From contig NC_043000.1 of the NCBI RefSeq assembly GCF_006345805.1, forward strand, positions 97,712,001 through 97,776,000: a stretch of DNA of 64,000 nucleotides, given 5' to 3'. Shown in pieces: positions 1-14,884 of the stretch. The notes under the pieces are model-generated. The model was not told the DNA's origin, made no database searches, and was given only the letters and a program-made list of their open reading frames with translations. This stretch comes from Octopus sinensis. Taxonomy: Eukaryota. The translations under genes were made by a program, and so were the position numbers. The first letter of the stretch is position 1. Each line of letters starts with the position of its first letter.

Positions 1-163
1 AAAAAAATACGGTAGAGAAAGAAAATAGATAACAGTGGAAAATGTATCTGAATTGATGCATTGCTTCAAATGGTGAATACTTTGAAGGTGATAAACGTGT
101 AAACATGTAAAACTAAGTGAATAAGGTAATATTGAAAAATTCCGGTTTTTGGGTACCCCCTCA
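1..163 (+). mobile_element. 3' end of a mariner-type DNA transposon
   Basis: Encodes the ...ECIASNGEYFEGD-stop transposase C-terminus, followed by the TIR ttccggtttttgggtaccccctca and TA. Same family as 14885-15767. Confidence 0.8.
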
Positions 164-469
164 TATAATAGCTTAGTTAGTGCCTCTAAGCCCGGTGAGG
201 AATTACAAACAAATGATAATTTCATTTCTGTTATATCCCTTTAAATCCAAACTTTTTTTTTACCTTGCCTTCTATTTGACAAAGTTATTTTTATATATTA
301 AAAAATTTAAACAATATGATCTTATTAACAGAATAGCTAAATATCAAGTCTTGTGCTAAATTTTTCTTTATCTTCCTCTATAATTTGCACATTTTGCTAG
401 AGACAGAAGAGCAAATTAATTAGTTTGAACTCAGAAAGTCATCAGTTTCTTTTTATTTAGATTTTACTA

Positions 470-830
470 CTTTTTTTTTCTTGTTCCAGTCATTAAATTG
501 TAACCATGCTATAGCACCACTTTGAAGGGTGTATGTTGTTTGTAAAACTGATCCCAGTATTTACTTTTAAGTCTGGTACTTATAATATAGTCTTTTTTTT
601 TTTTTGCAAGGATGCAAACAAACCAACACCCATTGTCAGGTAGTGAAAGACACAAAAATATGCACATGTGCATGCATACATATACAGACTCTCAGACTTT
701 CATGCAGTTTTCAACAGCCATATTCACTGGTTGGCCTGAGGCTGTAGTAGATGCTCAAGGTGCCATGCCGTAGGATTGAACCTGCAATTATGTGGTTGCT
801 AAGTCAACTTCTTAACCACACAACCATACT
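470..830 (-). mobile_element. Decayed copy of the tRNA-derived SINE
   Basis: Reverse-complement similarity to 28527-28845, including head aaccacacaaccat and ggattgaacc. Confidence 0.65.
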
Positions 831-3800
831 TGTATTTGTGTATTTGGAAATATGGAATTGAGTAAAAGTATGCAGTCAAGGAAACTGGTACTTGCTCATA
901 GAGATGAGAAATTGAATCATACTATAACTGTATTTTGTTTATGGAAAAATATGTAGTGTAAGTAAAGATGTGTGGTTTGGAGGTAAGAGTGATCCACAAC
1001 CGTAGGTTGCATGTTCGATTCTTGGCCTGAGTGGTGAGCAGTGTCCTTCATTGCACGTCACCCCATTCCCCTCAGCTGAAAATATGTATTATCCTTGTCT
1101 TCTTGTGATTACATATGCACTTAAAAAAATTACTGAAAGCATGGCACATCCTACCAGCTCATATTTGCTTAGGAATGACAGATACATGCAGTATCTTTGT
1201 GCATGTAGTTAACACAGATTTGTAAAGTCAAGTGCATATTTCTACATACCAATTAAGAAAATGAGAAGCCAAGGAGCGAGAGAGAAATACAAAAATAGAC
1301 AGAGATAAAAAAAGCAAGAAAGAGTGAGTGAGAGAGAAAGATAGAAAAATGTAGATATCTTTCTAGTCTTCTTTATTGATACAGAGAAATACTGCCAATG
1401 AATCACAACCTCTTTGTAATTAATAAAAGCAACATTTCACATGCACTCAATAGCTGACTTTATAAGAATTATCCTTTTTTGTTTTTAAATATAAATAAAT
1501 AAAATAAAATAGAATAAAATGAAATAAAAAATAAATAGTAATTAAAAATAAATTGGAAAAAAAAGAAAAGAAAATCACTTTTGGATGTACACTCTACAAA
1601 ACTTGTTAAACTCAAGTTGAGAGGTCTTGTAGAAAATGCCTGAAACACTCCAAAGAATAGGCAGTGTAATGCTGAAGAAAATAGTTGACGTTTTTTGCTT
1701 TTGTTCTTTCTTGTCTATGAATACAATGATACAATATTATAATTATAATTATTATTAGTAGTAGCTGCTGTTGCAACAAGAGCTAAACCCTCGTTAAGAG
1801 ATGTAACTCCTTGATGAGAAGAATTATTTTAATGTAAGGCAAACATACGTGCAGACATACCCACATACAAACACTAACCCCTCGCATTTTCTCTTGTGTT
1901 TTTTTTTTTTTTTGCATCCACACAATGCAGTGAAAAATAAATAAAATTATTATGATGAGAATTAATGTAAGTCAATGTCCCAAAAATTATGATTATGATA
2001 TTGAAAAAAAAAAATTTAAAATTTAAAAAAGCATAAGATGAGAATGTCCAAGATAAAAGAAAAAAAGTTAATTACAATGTCACTATAACCTCTCCTCAGA
2101 TTATTTAAAAAAAAGCTAATTAGCAAAACTGATTATTTTAAGATGTCTAAGATGAGTTGTTAATAAGATTATAATTTTGTGGACTATTAATTTTGGTGGC
2201 CTAGTGGTTTAGAAATAAAAGTTCCTAGTCTGTGCCTAGTCTGGTACTGTGTACACATCCAGAAATAAGACACCTGATAATGATTGGAGATCAAACTGAT
2301 TGAAATGTAGAAAAGATTAAAAAAAAAACTTTCAATCTCTAGAGATGAGATTAATAATCCAAAAAATTGCAATCTTATTGATTCACTGTTTAGCAAGAAA
2401 TAAACCTATAGTGTAGCAAAAAAAAATGTGATAAGAAATAGGATGTAAAAGTTCCCACTAACCTCTTTTATTTTGCACATGGTGTGTTTAAGCTGGGGGA
2501 ATTCAACTTTCTTCAGATAATTTATTATGAGCAGTTGGAAGAGAAAAGGAAGAAATGTTTGTAACAGACTGAACTTTGCTAAAGGTACCCAAAGCCCAAA
2601 TAATGGTGTTAAACCAATCTAAAACAGATACAACTCCTCTGATGGTTGTTGACACATTTTCCAGGTAATAGGCTATGGTTTACCCAAGGCTATGGGAGGG
2701 GGTCATTTGCTCAAAGTGTTACTTGGATTGCAACTGAAATAATATAATTATGAGTTTTGAACCATATAGCCATGCCTATACTCACAATAACCAAAGACAG
2801 AACTTTTTAAGTGTAAAGAGGAGAAGAGTCTGTAAAGAAATGTCTCAAGCAGGAATTGAACCTATGTCCCAGAAAGTGATCAATGAGGGCTTACTACCAC
2901 TATATGTCCTGGGTATGATTAAACTGCATCCAGTAAACTGATTTGCAAGTTCCAGGGTTTTGAGGAATGCAGAACCACCTTTTGGTCACTATTGTTTCCA
3001 GGTCTATTCTGACATGGAGCAGTAGCACCTGTCAGGGTCCCGCCTATGGGTTAATTAGTATATCATGACTTGTCTACCAATGCATGTGAAGACTGGATCT
3101 GGTTCAATGGAGGGAAGGTGGTTGCAGCAACACACATTGTGAATGTAGAGAGCAAGATGAGGTTAGTAAGACATCTTGGCATCCACTGCATCTGTCTCCA
3201 TCCCCAGTCAGCTTGACCTAGTCTTGCCACTGGATTGAAAATGGTCACATGAGAATGAAGTTGATAGTGTGCAATCCTTCTTCACTTAAAAAAAAGTCAC
3301 CATGCAAGTCATCAACCATTCTTCAGGATGACTAGATGGTCCGTGTTGTTCCAACAGAAAAACATTGACTGCCACTACACAATGTAAAAGGAAAGGAAAG
3401 AACAAGACTAAGACTTTCAGGGACCTTTAAGAACTAATCATTCAGCCTTACTTTGACATGCACTGAAGAGGATGTCAGTCTAATGCTGGCAAATATTTCC
3501 AAGTAATCTGTAATATTCCTTACATTTAATTGCAGAGATGTAATGCGAGACAACTGCTTTGACACAGACAGAAGATTTGAACTCATAAACCATGAGTGAA
3601 TAGCCTTGTTTATTACCCATTCAGTTTTCTTGTTTCTTGGCCCCCTAATTTGTTTGTGCCCATATCATGGATACAGAAGAGTAAATAATTAAGAAGTTAT
3701 GGATATTAACTGAAGTGTGTTAGTGAGTTCATTCCTGTGTTTCAATGATTTAAAATTAAATTATAAATTAGGTCTTCATGGCTGAATGAAAACATTGTTT

Positions 3801-5099
3801 TAAATATATCAAACTGAATGTTCAAATTTTGTATATTTTGTTTTTATGGAAACACACATTATATATATATACATTAGATATATGAATGTATATATGCAGT
3901 GCTGTGTGTAATTTTTTGTGTGTATAAAACTGAATGCAAGAGCAAGAAAACTAAGAGAGGTGTAAAAAAATGGAAAGCTTGATGTATGGTCTGAAAGAGG
4001 AAAAAATTATTTCTAATACAGGTACAAAAGTCACAAATTTTGAGGGAGGAGTATAGCTGATTTATACCCGCTTCCCCTGGTAATTATTTTATTGGCCTAG
4101 GAGGGATAAAAGGCAAAGTTGATCTAGGCCAAATATGAATTTGGATTGTAAGGCATTTCTGTTTGGTGCTTTACTGATTCTGTTATTGACAATCTGTTTT
4201 AATAATAACAATGATAATGATAATCTCTAATAGAGGCAGAAGGATACTGATTTGGGGGTAGGGGTGTAGTCAATTAAACTGACCCCAGCAGTATATTGGT
4301 ACTTCATAGAAAGAGAAAGTTCTATCTACATAGGGATCTGAATTCAAAAACTAAAGGGGCATAACTAAATACTATAAAGGATTTTGTCTACTGTACTTCA
4401 GATCCTGCTTCATTTCGCAATGAGGATGGCCCAAATTCAATCTCTCTACATGTCATCTTTGGTGAGTGTCTTCTGAAATAGCCTTGGCCTGACCCAAACT
4501 TTGAATGAAATTGAGTAGATGGCAACTGTATGGATGCCTCTCGCATGACCAGAGGCTGTAATTTTAAGAGCCAGTTTTACCTGTCATACATTGTATTACA
4601 TTGATAATACTGGAAAATTACATTAAGGGTGCTAGTGTCTGTGGATTACTCAGCCACTTACAATGAGTAGGTAGTCCAACTGACTGAACAACTAGCATGC
4701 TCATCTCAGAAACTGTTGGCGATGCATCAAGCTAAAACTATAAAACTATAGAGTAGAAAGCTAAGGCTTAGATTACTGTTTCTCAAGAAGGGGTGCATGC
4801 CCTGCCAGTACAGGGTGGTGGTAATATTTTGATGGGCCATGAGTCACTTCAGAAATAGTGCATAAGTAAATTAACAGGTGAATAAAACCTACAACAACGT
4901 TTTAATTAAAACTTCTTTATATGCATCATACTATTTTTGTTCATGATGGGACATATTGTTTCTGAGGGGAAATTGAAGTGGAGCATAGGTCAAAAAAAGG
5001 TTGAGAAACAGTGGCTTAGATCTTAAACGCAAAGACTGTGAGGCTGGTTTTGGCAGTGAAAATACTTTTCAAATGTTCTTGCATTGATGTAATGAAGAA

Positions 5100-7183
5100 T
5101 TTTTTTCTTTTTGAAAACATGAATTAAATTTTTTTTAATTACAGGGGAGAGAGAGTGAAAAAGGAAATAAAACTAATATGGTTTAAATAAATATAACAAA
5201 AAAAAATTACTGAGACATTCTCAAAAGTTACACAAAGAACAAAATGAAGAAAAAGTGGTTATTTTTTGCACAAGCTGTTTATTTTTAAAAACAGCTGTAT
5301 TTTGTTTGGGATGTGTTTTTATTATTATTAATTATTATTATTATCATTATTATTATTAATATTTTTGTTTAAAAAAAAATGATATTAATGTTGAATGACA
5401 GGTCATACAGAGGCTAATACTAACATCCAAATGTGACAGACACCATTTTGTGCCCCAACCCCACCCCTTTCCTGAAATTACAACACTGGAAGTTTCAGGC
5501 ATTCCAAAATAGAAAAAAAGGGTATATAAAAAAAAAAAGAAAGAAAGAAACATACAAAAATTCGGTTGGGATATTTAGTGAATGAATTTTACACTAACTT
5601 ATCCTCATTTTGCCTTGAAACTTATTTTATTTTTTTTAATATCTATTTAAGAAGAAAATGTGCTTATCATTTTTCTTTGCTTTTTTTTTTTTGTTTTTTA
5701 AAAAAAATGATACCAAAAAAATTATTAAAAAATCAGATGGAATTTGATTGATACTGTTAATTCATTCATACCCCAATTTTCTTTTTTTTTTTTTTAATAT
5801 ATATATATATATATATGTGTCCGAAACAGAAAGTTCTTTTCAGCCCTTTCCCTACCCTACCTGACCTCATAAAAGAGCTGAAATTAAGAATTGCAGTCCA
5901 GGCAATGATCATCAACCTTGTTGCCAAAATAAAAATTAAAATAAAGATACAAAAGAAAAAAATAAATTTAAAAAAAATTTTAATGGCTAATGACCTCTTA
6001 GCCTAAAAAAAAAAAAGGAAATGTAAAAATCAATATTATTCCTTGTTTGTTTTTTTTCATTTCTTTTTTTCCCTTTTAAAATCTCACCCCTTTTTTAAAT
6101 GTTTCTGTTTTTATTTTTTTTTCATGGGGAGCTCTTATAAAAATATTTTACTTTTTTTTTTGTAATTGTGTGATGCGCAAGAATCATTTCATGAGAACAG
6201 GTGTAAAGTCTGTTAAATTATTTAAGTTCTCGTTCCCCCGTTCCCCTCCCACTACCATATTCGCACCTGCGAAGGATAGAGGCACATTAGGGATTGGATT
6301 GGATGGCTCAAATTGATTATTATTATTATTATTAAGGCTTTGTCACCTGGTAGATTAATTAAATTGTATGCATTTTTTTGTTTTGTTTTGTTTTAATTAT
6401 GCCAACAAATTCCAACACAACTTTTTGTTTATCATTAAACATTTTCTCTCTTTCTCTCTCTCTTTTTCTTTCTTTTTTTGGTTTAACTTCTTTCATTCAT
6501 TTCTGTTTTCTTGTTTGAAGGAATGGGACAGGAAGAAGTTTTTTTTGAAAGAAACTCTTCCTTTGTCTTCACTGACTGTTGTTGGTTATCCTTACAAAGA
6601 ACATGTGTCAGACAGTCAGACTTACAGAATTGTATATTTATATTTCCACAGGATCCAGGGGAAGGGTGGCATGGGAAAGGATGGGTTCTCTCTTCAGTTG
6701 GAAGTTATTTGTAGATACTTAGAAATGGAGAGAAAGAAATGAATGAGAGTAACAGGGATATAAGAAAGAAAAAGGTCACCTTAAAGAGAGACCAGAAAAG
6801 AGTACTGAAGAAAGAAAGGTTAGTGCGGAGAGAGACATAGGGGTTAGTATTAGGAGGAAGGTTAGAATAGGAAAAGCAAGAGACAGTAGAGAAGAGAGGT
6901 AGAAAGAGAGAGAGATCAGTATGGAGAGGGCAGAAAGGTCAGAATGGCAATGAAGGGGGAGGAGAGGTTAGTAAGGGGGGGGGTCAGTATAGAAAGGGGT
7001 GGGTGGGGAAGAAAAGGAGAAGTTAGTACAGAGGAGCAGAGAGGTCTGTATGGAGAGACAGACATACACACACATAGAAAGAGAAAGATAGGAGAGGTAG
7101 AGGGTGGAGGTAAGTTAGGACTGCTGTAGAAATATAACAAGGGGGGATGGTTGAGTGAGGGTTTTAAAACCATAGTTGACTGA
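5100..7183 (-). other. Probable AEBP2 3' UTR (distal end not determinable)
   Basis: Follows the stop codon. Largely free of the SINEs seen elsewhere; U-rich and CU-rich on the minus strand. Several AATAAA/ATTAAA candidates, none decisive; the 5100 boundary is approximate. Confidence 0.45.
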
Positions 7184-7331
7184 TTATTTTCTGCGATGTT
7201 TGCGATAGCGGTGCCGACGATAGAATGAGGAATGCAGAGCTGCTGCACTATCCTGAGGTAAGCTTGTCAGTGGAATGACACGTTTGTGCACTTCTTGCAC
7301 CTGTGACTCTGGCACCCAGCAATCAGGGAAT
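7184..7331 (-). CDS. AEBP2: AEBP2 terminal coding exon: FPDCWVPESQVQEVHKRVIPLTSLPQDSAAALHSSFYRRHRYRKHRRK-stop
   Basis: Acceptor cttttttcttgcag|A; AT+A completes Ile; TAA at 7184-7186. Aligns with AEBP2 LPDVWVNES...VVHLSKLPKDTALLLDPNIYR. Confidence 0.93.
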
Positions 7332-10300
7332 CTGCAAGAAAAAAGTGGAAACAATATTAAGTAAATATATGCAAAAAAAAAAAAGAAAAAGAAAAAAACG
7401 CGTCCATAAGATAAATCTGTATTGTTTGATAAATGAACGCACAATTTAAAAAAAACAAAGAAATGAATACTTTTAATACACAGATAATGTTGAATTTATT
7501 CGTGGTTATCTTAGAAATAGGCCATTTGGTTCAACCATTTGACATCTCCAGTGTTATCTTTGAAGATGCTGAAGAGCTGAAACAAATAGCCTATTTGCAA
7601 GATAATACACATATATACATACACACATACATAAACATAATCAAATATGCTTATATATGTATTGTATTTATACAGAGAAAGACAGATTTATATATCATCC
7701 TCATCATTTTAACATCCGTGTTCCAGGTTGGCATGCTGGATGGAGCTCCAGTGTCTGCTTGGCATGGTTTCTACAGCTGGATGCCCTTCTTAATGCTAAC
7801 CACTTTCCAGCATGTACTAGGTGCTTTTCCCAAGCTGCCAGCACTAGCAAGCTATGAATCCTGAGGGGGTAACTTTATGCTAGAAAGTAAGGGATAAAAG
7901 GCAGGAGTAAATGTGGGAGAAGTGGCCAGAGGCCAGAGCAGAACAGGTTTCTTGTTGTACAGGAGCTACATGACTTACATTTGAGAAGAGAGGGTGACAG
8001 CGATTAGGTGGAGCCAGAGTGGAATAGTGTATGCATGTGTGTGGAGTAGGTGATGACTGATAGTGCTGAGAAGTAGAATAGTAATGATGAAACAGTAGAC
8101 AGGAGAAGCACAAGCAAAAACAGCATTTATTCAAAGAGGATAGATACATAACAGAAAAATATAATACTGCAAACATAGCCAGGCACAGAATCTAAAACAA
8201 TGTAGATTTTGAACATAAAATATTAGACCGACAAAAAGATATGGTAAAGAAAAAAGAAATGGTAGGTCTGTGTGGAAGAGTAAAAGAAATGAGCACATAT
8301 ATAGCCAAATAGTTGAGAAGGCTGCCTGGGTTAACTCAAGCCTACTGAGTTTAAAACTGTGGAAGTTCAGTTGATTGAACAGTTCAAAGATACTGACATG
8401 CTGATTTTACTTGAGGGATACCCTTTTGCTACCATTTTTCTGTTGAAACATAATGTTTTTGTTCCAGTTAAGAATTTAGTAAAACAACTTTGTCATTATG
8501 AATTTGGTGTTTGAAACATAAATTAACATGTTAGGGGTTTTGGTTGCTGTTTATATCATAGAACCAAGAGCAATCTCAGGCAAAAGGGTTAAAGATACAA
8601 GTGTATGTAGAACACATTATAATTGAATGACTAGATCTGTTGAAAAAAATGGAATTTTGAGTGTGAATGATAGATGAGGCATGCAAATTACACTATGTAT
8701 AAGAATGACTATGTATACAATGCAGTGGGGGATAGGGAAAGAAAATAAACTGAGGGAACCTGTGTGGTTGTTCAATCTGTTAGAAGTAGCAGTCAAATCT
8801 TGCTTAATGTCCTAAAAAGCAAAGGACAGGGTGCTTAACATACTCCTATTGACTGACGAGAAAAGAAGAGAATATAGTCGTGGTTGGAGTGCCTTTGTTA
8901 AAATGTCTGCTCAATCCAGGCTAACCTTGGAGTAAAAATTAAAAATAAATTAATAAACTGGATGCCATATAATTTCTCAGGTTGTTAAATAAGAACCAAG
9001 AAGTAGTTGGGGTGAGGTTGGATCTCAAGATGCTGAATTTTGCAAATGAGATGATACAAACTGAGAGATGTGGTAACATGTCATAAAACTGATGTCAGTA
9101 TGAAAAATACAAACATTGAAAAGGGAAAAAAAGCCCAGCAACTACCACCACCAACAGAGCCTCTATGCAGTTGCTTGACTTGTTGGAACAGCAACCAAAA
9201 CCCCTTACAACCTAGTCTTAAAAACAAGAAAGGGCACATAAATGTAGTCTTTGACACATTTTGTCTGTGAAAAGATGAAAAACATCTATGATCGTAAGTC
9301 TACCTGATTAAGGTTGACCTGGAGCTAACCAACAATAACAAGTGTTAAGTGGATGATGTGATAACAAAACTGTAGCTATTGATAATACAGTAGCCTTCAA
9401 ATATCTCCCAATCCCAAGCAGTCTCCAAGACATTCTACCCTATATTCATTACAACCAAAGTGAAACAATAAAAATAAGTATTATTTCCTCCATTTCCATG
9501 CCACTAAAAATTGGAGAAGTGCATCTAATCAGTTGTAAGGAACCCTTGCAAAAGCAACTTATGAGAAATGCTAACACTGAATAATGTTTGCTGTTCACAT
9601 ATATGTGAGAGCAACATCCTAACCTATTGGTTAGGTTGTTGTGCTCACTATCATAAGATTGTGATTTTGATTCACAAACAAGGAATCAAAATCACTAATA
9701 CTGTATTGTGTTCTTGAACAAAACACTTCATTTCACATTGCTCCAGCCCATTCAGCTGTAAATATTTAACCGTATGCCAAACTGGCATCTCGTTCAGAGG
9801 AAAGTTAGCCCTCCTACTTGGCCAGCAGGGTGGCATCATTCAAAAGCTAAAACAATGTAAGGTAGAACTTTGTGATCAGAAGTGTATATTAACATCCAAT
9901 AGTCTGGTTGTTATAGTGATATAATACATAAACATATATCACTAGTTATTGCTAGAGGTATGTTAATTGAGAATTTTTACTTTGAGGACAAGGCCAGAAA
10001 TACTGGAAAAGGATAGAGTTGATTATAAATGACAAATGTATATTACAAGTACTTTTAGGTTTCATGAAATCCAGACAGATTTCATGAAACAAAGCTTTGT
10101 TTAAAAGTAATTGCTTAGTCAGAAAAAGAAAGCCAGCATCAATAACTCTTATAAGGCTTCCAAGACTGATGGGAGGGAAACAGGAAGAAAACACGAGTCA
10201 TTAGTTGATAATAAAGTAAATGCATCAAGAAACTGAGTTAAGCCCAAACTGGAGACCTGGTCTTTGCGCTTCCAACAGAGGGACTGAAGGAACACAAGGT

Positions 10301-11954
10301 CAAGGAAGTATTATTAAACCATGAGACAAGACTAAGCATGATTAAGAAAAAAAGACATGACTAAATTTGAGATACTGGACCACCCAAAATGAAGCTAGAT
10401 TTTGAAGATGAAGAAAAAAAGAAAGAAAGAAAGAAAAAGAAAAAGAAAAAAAGTTTTCAGAAAATTAAGACTTATTTCTTACTCCACTACGTACCAATTT
10501 CCAGACATCACTATCATCATTAGATGCTTTATTCTCTGATGTGTACATGGTACCAGATTTGAGTTAAACTCGGAACTTATATTCCCAAGAATAACAATAT
10601 TCTTTTCCTCTAGGCTACTGATGTATACACATGTGTTGGTGGCTTAGTGAATAAGATTATTACTATTAATAGATTAATACTCTTTATACTAAGCAAAATT
10701 ATAAACTCAACTCAGACAAAAAAAAATCTATAAACAAATCTAGTATATCAAAGCCATGGAAAATTTGGGCCCTTTCAATACTTTCAATATATTCTGCTTA
10801 CAGGGAAATTGTATAACTACAATATAACTAGTATTTAAACAGTAAATGTAACATGAAATAAATTCATTGAAAACTACATAAAGTAAGGCAACTGCACCTG
10901 GCATCACTAAGAAACTGTGTCAGGTGTTTTAAGTGCCAGGTGAGTGAGGAAACAAGTTCCCTTTGATTGTTTGAGATTGTTTAATAACTGTTAATAAAAG
11001 TGCAGTTCCATATGATTACACCTCATTAACAATCAAGAGGTCACTTTTAGTTTAGTTTTCAAAGTTGATTGATTTTTTTGCCTACCATTATTATTGCTGA
11101 AAAAAAAAAAAAACCCCAGAAAAAAGGATAAAAGAAAAATCAGCAAAAGCCAGTGAGGGAGCCTCTTTATGGTTACTTGACTTGCTAAAAATAGCAAGCA
11201 ATTTCCTTCAAAACACAAGTTACCATTTAAAGGAGACATTGGACATCATAGATAAACAAATGAAAATATTTTGAGACGGTTAGAACTTTCTCATCATGGG
11301 TTTGTGTTGCTTGACCATGTTCGATCAGGGCAGAACACTAAAAATAACAAGCAATATACAAAACAACTGCACCTAGATTATGATTTACAAAGCAATTTTA
11401 GTAACTGAAGCTATTACTAGCAAAAATTCTGATCTTGATGTGATTCTTGAGCATACCACTGAAATTTTCACAATTCCTTAATCAATGCGACTGATTGTGG
11501 CAGAAATAAACTGTCAGTTTTCTCCAAGCCAAAAAGATTACATTACTTCAGTAACTCTTTCTGAACATCAAACCATCTATATATGACTCGAGAATTAGAT
11601 CATATCATTTAGAGGTTTTATTTTGGCTTTTCACTCTTGGCATGAGATGGTATGGAAAGATTTTCAGGGCAGATGTTTTACAGCCAAATACAATCCTGCT
11701 GTCAACATTTTAGTTGCCTCTTATGAAACATAACTAAAGAGACACAATGTACTCATTCTGCTTATTTTGTTGCTGTCAATATCATGTTATTTATAGTGGA
11801 GTTTTTACAGCTGGAAAGCACCTTACTGTGTGAACTAGGTGCATTTTATCATGCCACCAGCACTGGAGAGATCATCACTGACAAAATTAAAGATTATCTC
11901 TACCTACATTGCCTCTGGTCATTCTTTCCTTTAAAATATCATTTTTAGAGCTGG

Positions 11955-12115
11955 TATGACTTGTGTGGTTAAAAAATTTGCTTCATAACCATGTGGTTTC
12001 AGGTTCAGTCTCACTGTATGACACCTTGGGCAAGTGTCTTCTATTATGGCCTCAGTTCAACCAAAGCCTTGTAAATAAATTTGGGGAGATGGAAACTGAA
12101 AGTCTGTCAGATATG
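11955..12115 (+). mobile_element. tRNA-derived SINE head
   Basis: gacttgtgtggttaaaaaatttgcttc...ggttcagtctcactg...gatggaaactgaaag. Confidence 0.75.
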
Positions 12116-14341
12116 TGTTATCATCATCATCTTTTAATGCTCATCTTCTATGCTGGCATGGATTGATGGTTTGATGGAATCCAAAGGGTTGGAAGACTGC
12201 ATCATGCTCTGTCTGCTTTGGCATTATTTCTGTGGTTGGATGTCTTTGCTAAAACAAACCATTTTAACAGAGTTTACTGGGTTCTTTTTCATTGCACTAG
12301 TAGCACATGTACCTTAAGATATCTTTTCAATTGAATGAGGCTACAGAAGAAATGAAGCCAAATTTACATGAGGTGATGAAAGAATAAGAAAGAAGAGGCT
12401 AGAACAGGTTGTTTGCTGTGGAGAAGTGATATAGCTGCTCACATTTTACAAGAGTGGGTAGCAGTAATGAATGTGTGGAGCTGGAAAGGGAAATTAAGAT
12501 AGCTGTGATGTGTCAGGGTGGGTTCTGGAGGAAGAGGAACAGGAAGGGTGGATGTTACTCTGGAAAATTTGGATTTGTCTTTGTTCAAAACCTATCATAG
12601 TCTATTTCCAATTTAAATCCAATATGCACCTACAGAATGTGCACATGTGTGTACGTATGTGTGTGTTTGTACCTCCTTGTCTAAACACTGTATGATAGTT
12701 GTAAACAAGTGTCATTATCATATAAGTAGTGTCTTTTAATTCCATTCTTCCATGAAAACATGTCTAACCATAGGGAAATATTACCTTTTTGGGAAAAGAG
12801 TTGGGGATGGTAACAAAAAGGGCAGCTGGTTATAGAAAATCTACATTAAATTTCATCTGATCCATGCAAACATGGAAAAGTGGATGATAAAGTGATGGTG
12901 ATGAGGAAAATTAAGATGATGATGCTCTTTCTATCATCTATTATTTTACACTGTTTTAATTCTCTGTGGATTGCATTTAGTAAAGAACCCTTTTCATATA
13001 AGACTACCCACTTTCCTATATAGTTACTTTCACTATTTGACTATTTGGTGTCTTTGGTTATTCTTGCTAGAAATTGAGGACACATGGACATAAATAACAT
13101 TATCTCTAATGGAAGGAAAGAGCAGAGAGAACTTTATAGTGGTGGACCGAAGCTGTCTCCATGGCATTTAAGAGGTGGGTATTTAGCTCCAAAAGGTAGT
13201 ATCATGATGGTGCTTATCTTATGGAGTCAGGATAGGTGGGGGTAAAGAGTGTGAGCCAAACCAGCCACCTGCTTTGTGCTTTTGTTCTAAGGGTACTAAA
13301 AGAATGGAAAAAAAACAAGAGATAGGATTGATTTAAAGCAAAAATTTAAATCATATTAAGTTTAAAATATTTGCTTTTAAGTCTTCACTGCTGTTTTTGA
13401 GATTCAAGTTTAAGTCATCATTTCTAAATAAATCATCTAAAAAATTCAATCAACTACCAGAATAACTACCTTGAATTAGGAGTGACATGGCCTGTAATAT
13501 CAGATGGAAAGATCAAAAGAAGATTTCATCCATAAATTATGATTTCACAAATTATGTTCATACAAATGTTGTAAATTAATTGTTTAATTAGTATTTTCTC
13601 AGGTTTCATTACACGTTTCATATACAACAAACTATATTGAATCAATGAAATAAAGCAGTTATGTTGAAAAGTTAGTTTGACATCCTACTAAGAGATGAAT
13701 TAATTCTGAACACACAACTAATTAGGAATAAAATATTGCAATTAATTGCTTGGATATAAGGGACAAAAACAACTGGTGTGTTTTTATATCTGGGACAAGG
13801 AAAACTAGTGTGTATTGATAACACTGTGTAACACGATTTTTGTACTTGAGTAGCAACTGTTATTTCTTATTTGTTTACCCCTAGAAAGCATGAAAAATAG
13901 CTACTTCCTTCAAACTTTACTTTTGTTACATTTATTCAAACCCCATAGAATCCCTCCCAACAGATAGCTATGATGCTCCCCCATTACTCCTGCTCATCAC
14001 CAAAGATGCACAAATTTGTTAGTCACTAAGGGACATGCTCAAGTGGTTAAGGTCAAGCAATTGACAAACAGATCTGTGGTATTGAGCAGAATATTTGCTA
14101 TAATGATATTTCTGCTTCAACTCAGCACTGAATCTGTCTGAAATGTAATGGAAAACAAGTCAGTTTCAAAACATTGATGTCCATGTCTCAAAAGTAAAGT
14201 TTGAAGGAAATAGTAGTCGTTTCCTTTGATTATTGGAAATAACACTTACTGACCAAAGACAAAAAAAAAAAAAAAAGTTACATAGTGTAATCAGGTTAAG
14301 GATTATTTGTGGGTTTTGGTATTTAGAACAAGAATACTTAC

Positions 14342-14409
14342 ATGTTCTCAGGTGTCCAGTGTAATAAAACTTTTATTTTTCCAGAGTCTTCTCTTCTTCT
14401 TGCAATCAC
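14342..14409 (-). CDS. AEBP2: AEBP2 internal exon (68 nt): VIARRREDSGKIKVLLHWTPEN(I)
   Basis: Acceptor tatatttag|GTG and donor AT|gtaag; phase 0 in, phase 2 out. Very close to vertebrate AEBP2 [23 protein letters not shown]. Confidence 0.95.
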
Positions 14410-14574
14410 CTAAATATATAACAATATTTATTAGTGTTTGTGAGTGGTGTGTATGCATGTGTGTGCACAACATGTACACACAATCATCTTAAGGGAGGGT
14501 TCATACTCTGAAAATGTCAAACATGTTTCAGCTACCTTGGGCCTTGTCAGTAATATGCATTCACTAGTCATATC

Positions 14575-14735
14575 ATCATCATCATCATCGTTTAGCGTCC
14601 GTTTTCCATGCTAGCATGGGTTGGACGGTTCTACTGGGGTCTGTGAAGCCAGAAGGCTCCATCAGGCCCAGTCAAATCTGGCAGTGTTTCTAAGGCTGGA
14701 TGCCCTTCCTAACGCCAACCACTCTGTGAGTGTAT
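14575..14735 (-). mobile_element. RTE LINE 3'-tail fragment
   Basis: catcatcatcatcatcgtttagcgtccgttttccatgctagcatgggttggacgg... is nearly identical to 33540-33695. Older copies lie at about 7725-7850, 12120-12300, 21310-21420, 32873-33055, 48408-48580 and 51866-52020 (minus), and 19070-19260, 25370-25650 and 40575-40720 (plus). Confidence 0.85.
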
Positions 14736-14884
14736 GTCTGGATGAAATCTGATCTCTCCAATACAATGAAATATAACTTGATTGATATTGCAGAAAGCCA
14801 GCAGGAATGAATAAAACTCACTGTACAAAAATGAAACAGCATGAAATTAAAATAGTCATCTATGTGTCACACTTAATATATATA

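Noticed and set aside
6260-6273. Small hairpin ttcgca-cc-tgcgaa in the putative 3' UTR
   Set aside because: Too short to distinguish from chance without conservation data.
7332-7444. N-terminal part of ORF 7184..7444
   Set aside because: Intronic poly-T tract (FFFFFF); only 7184-7331 is exon.
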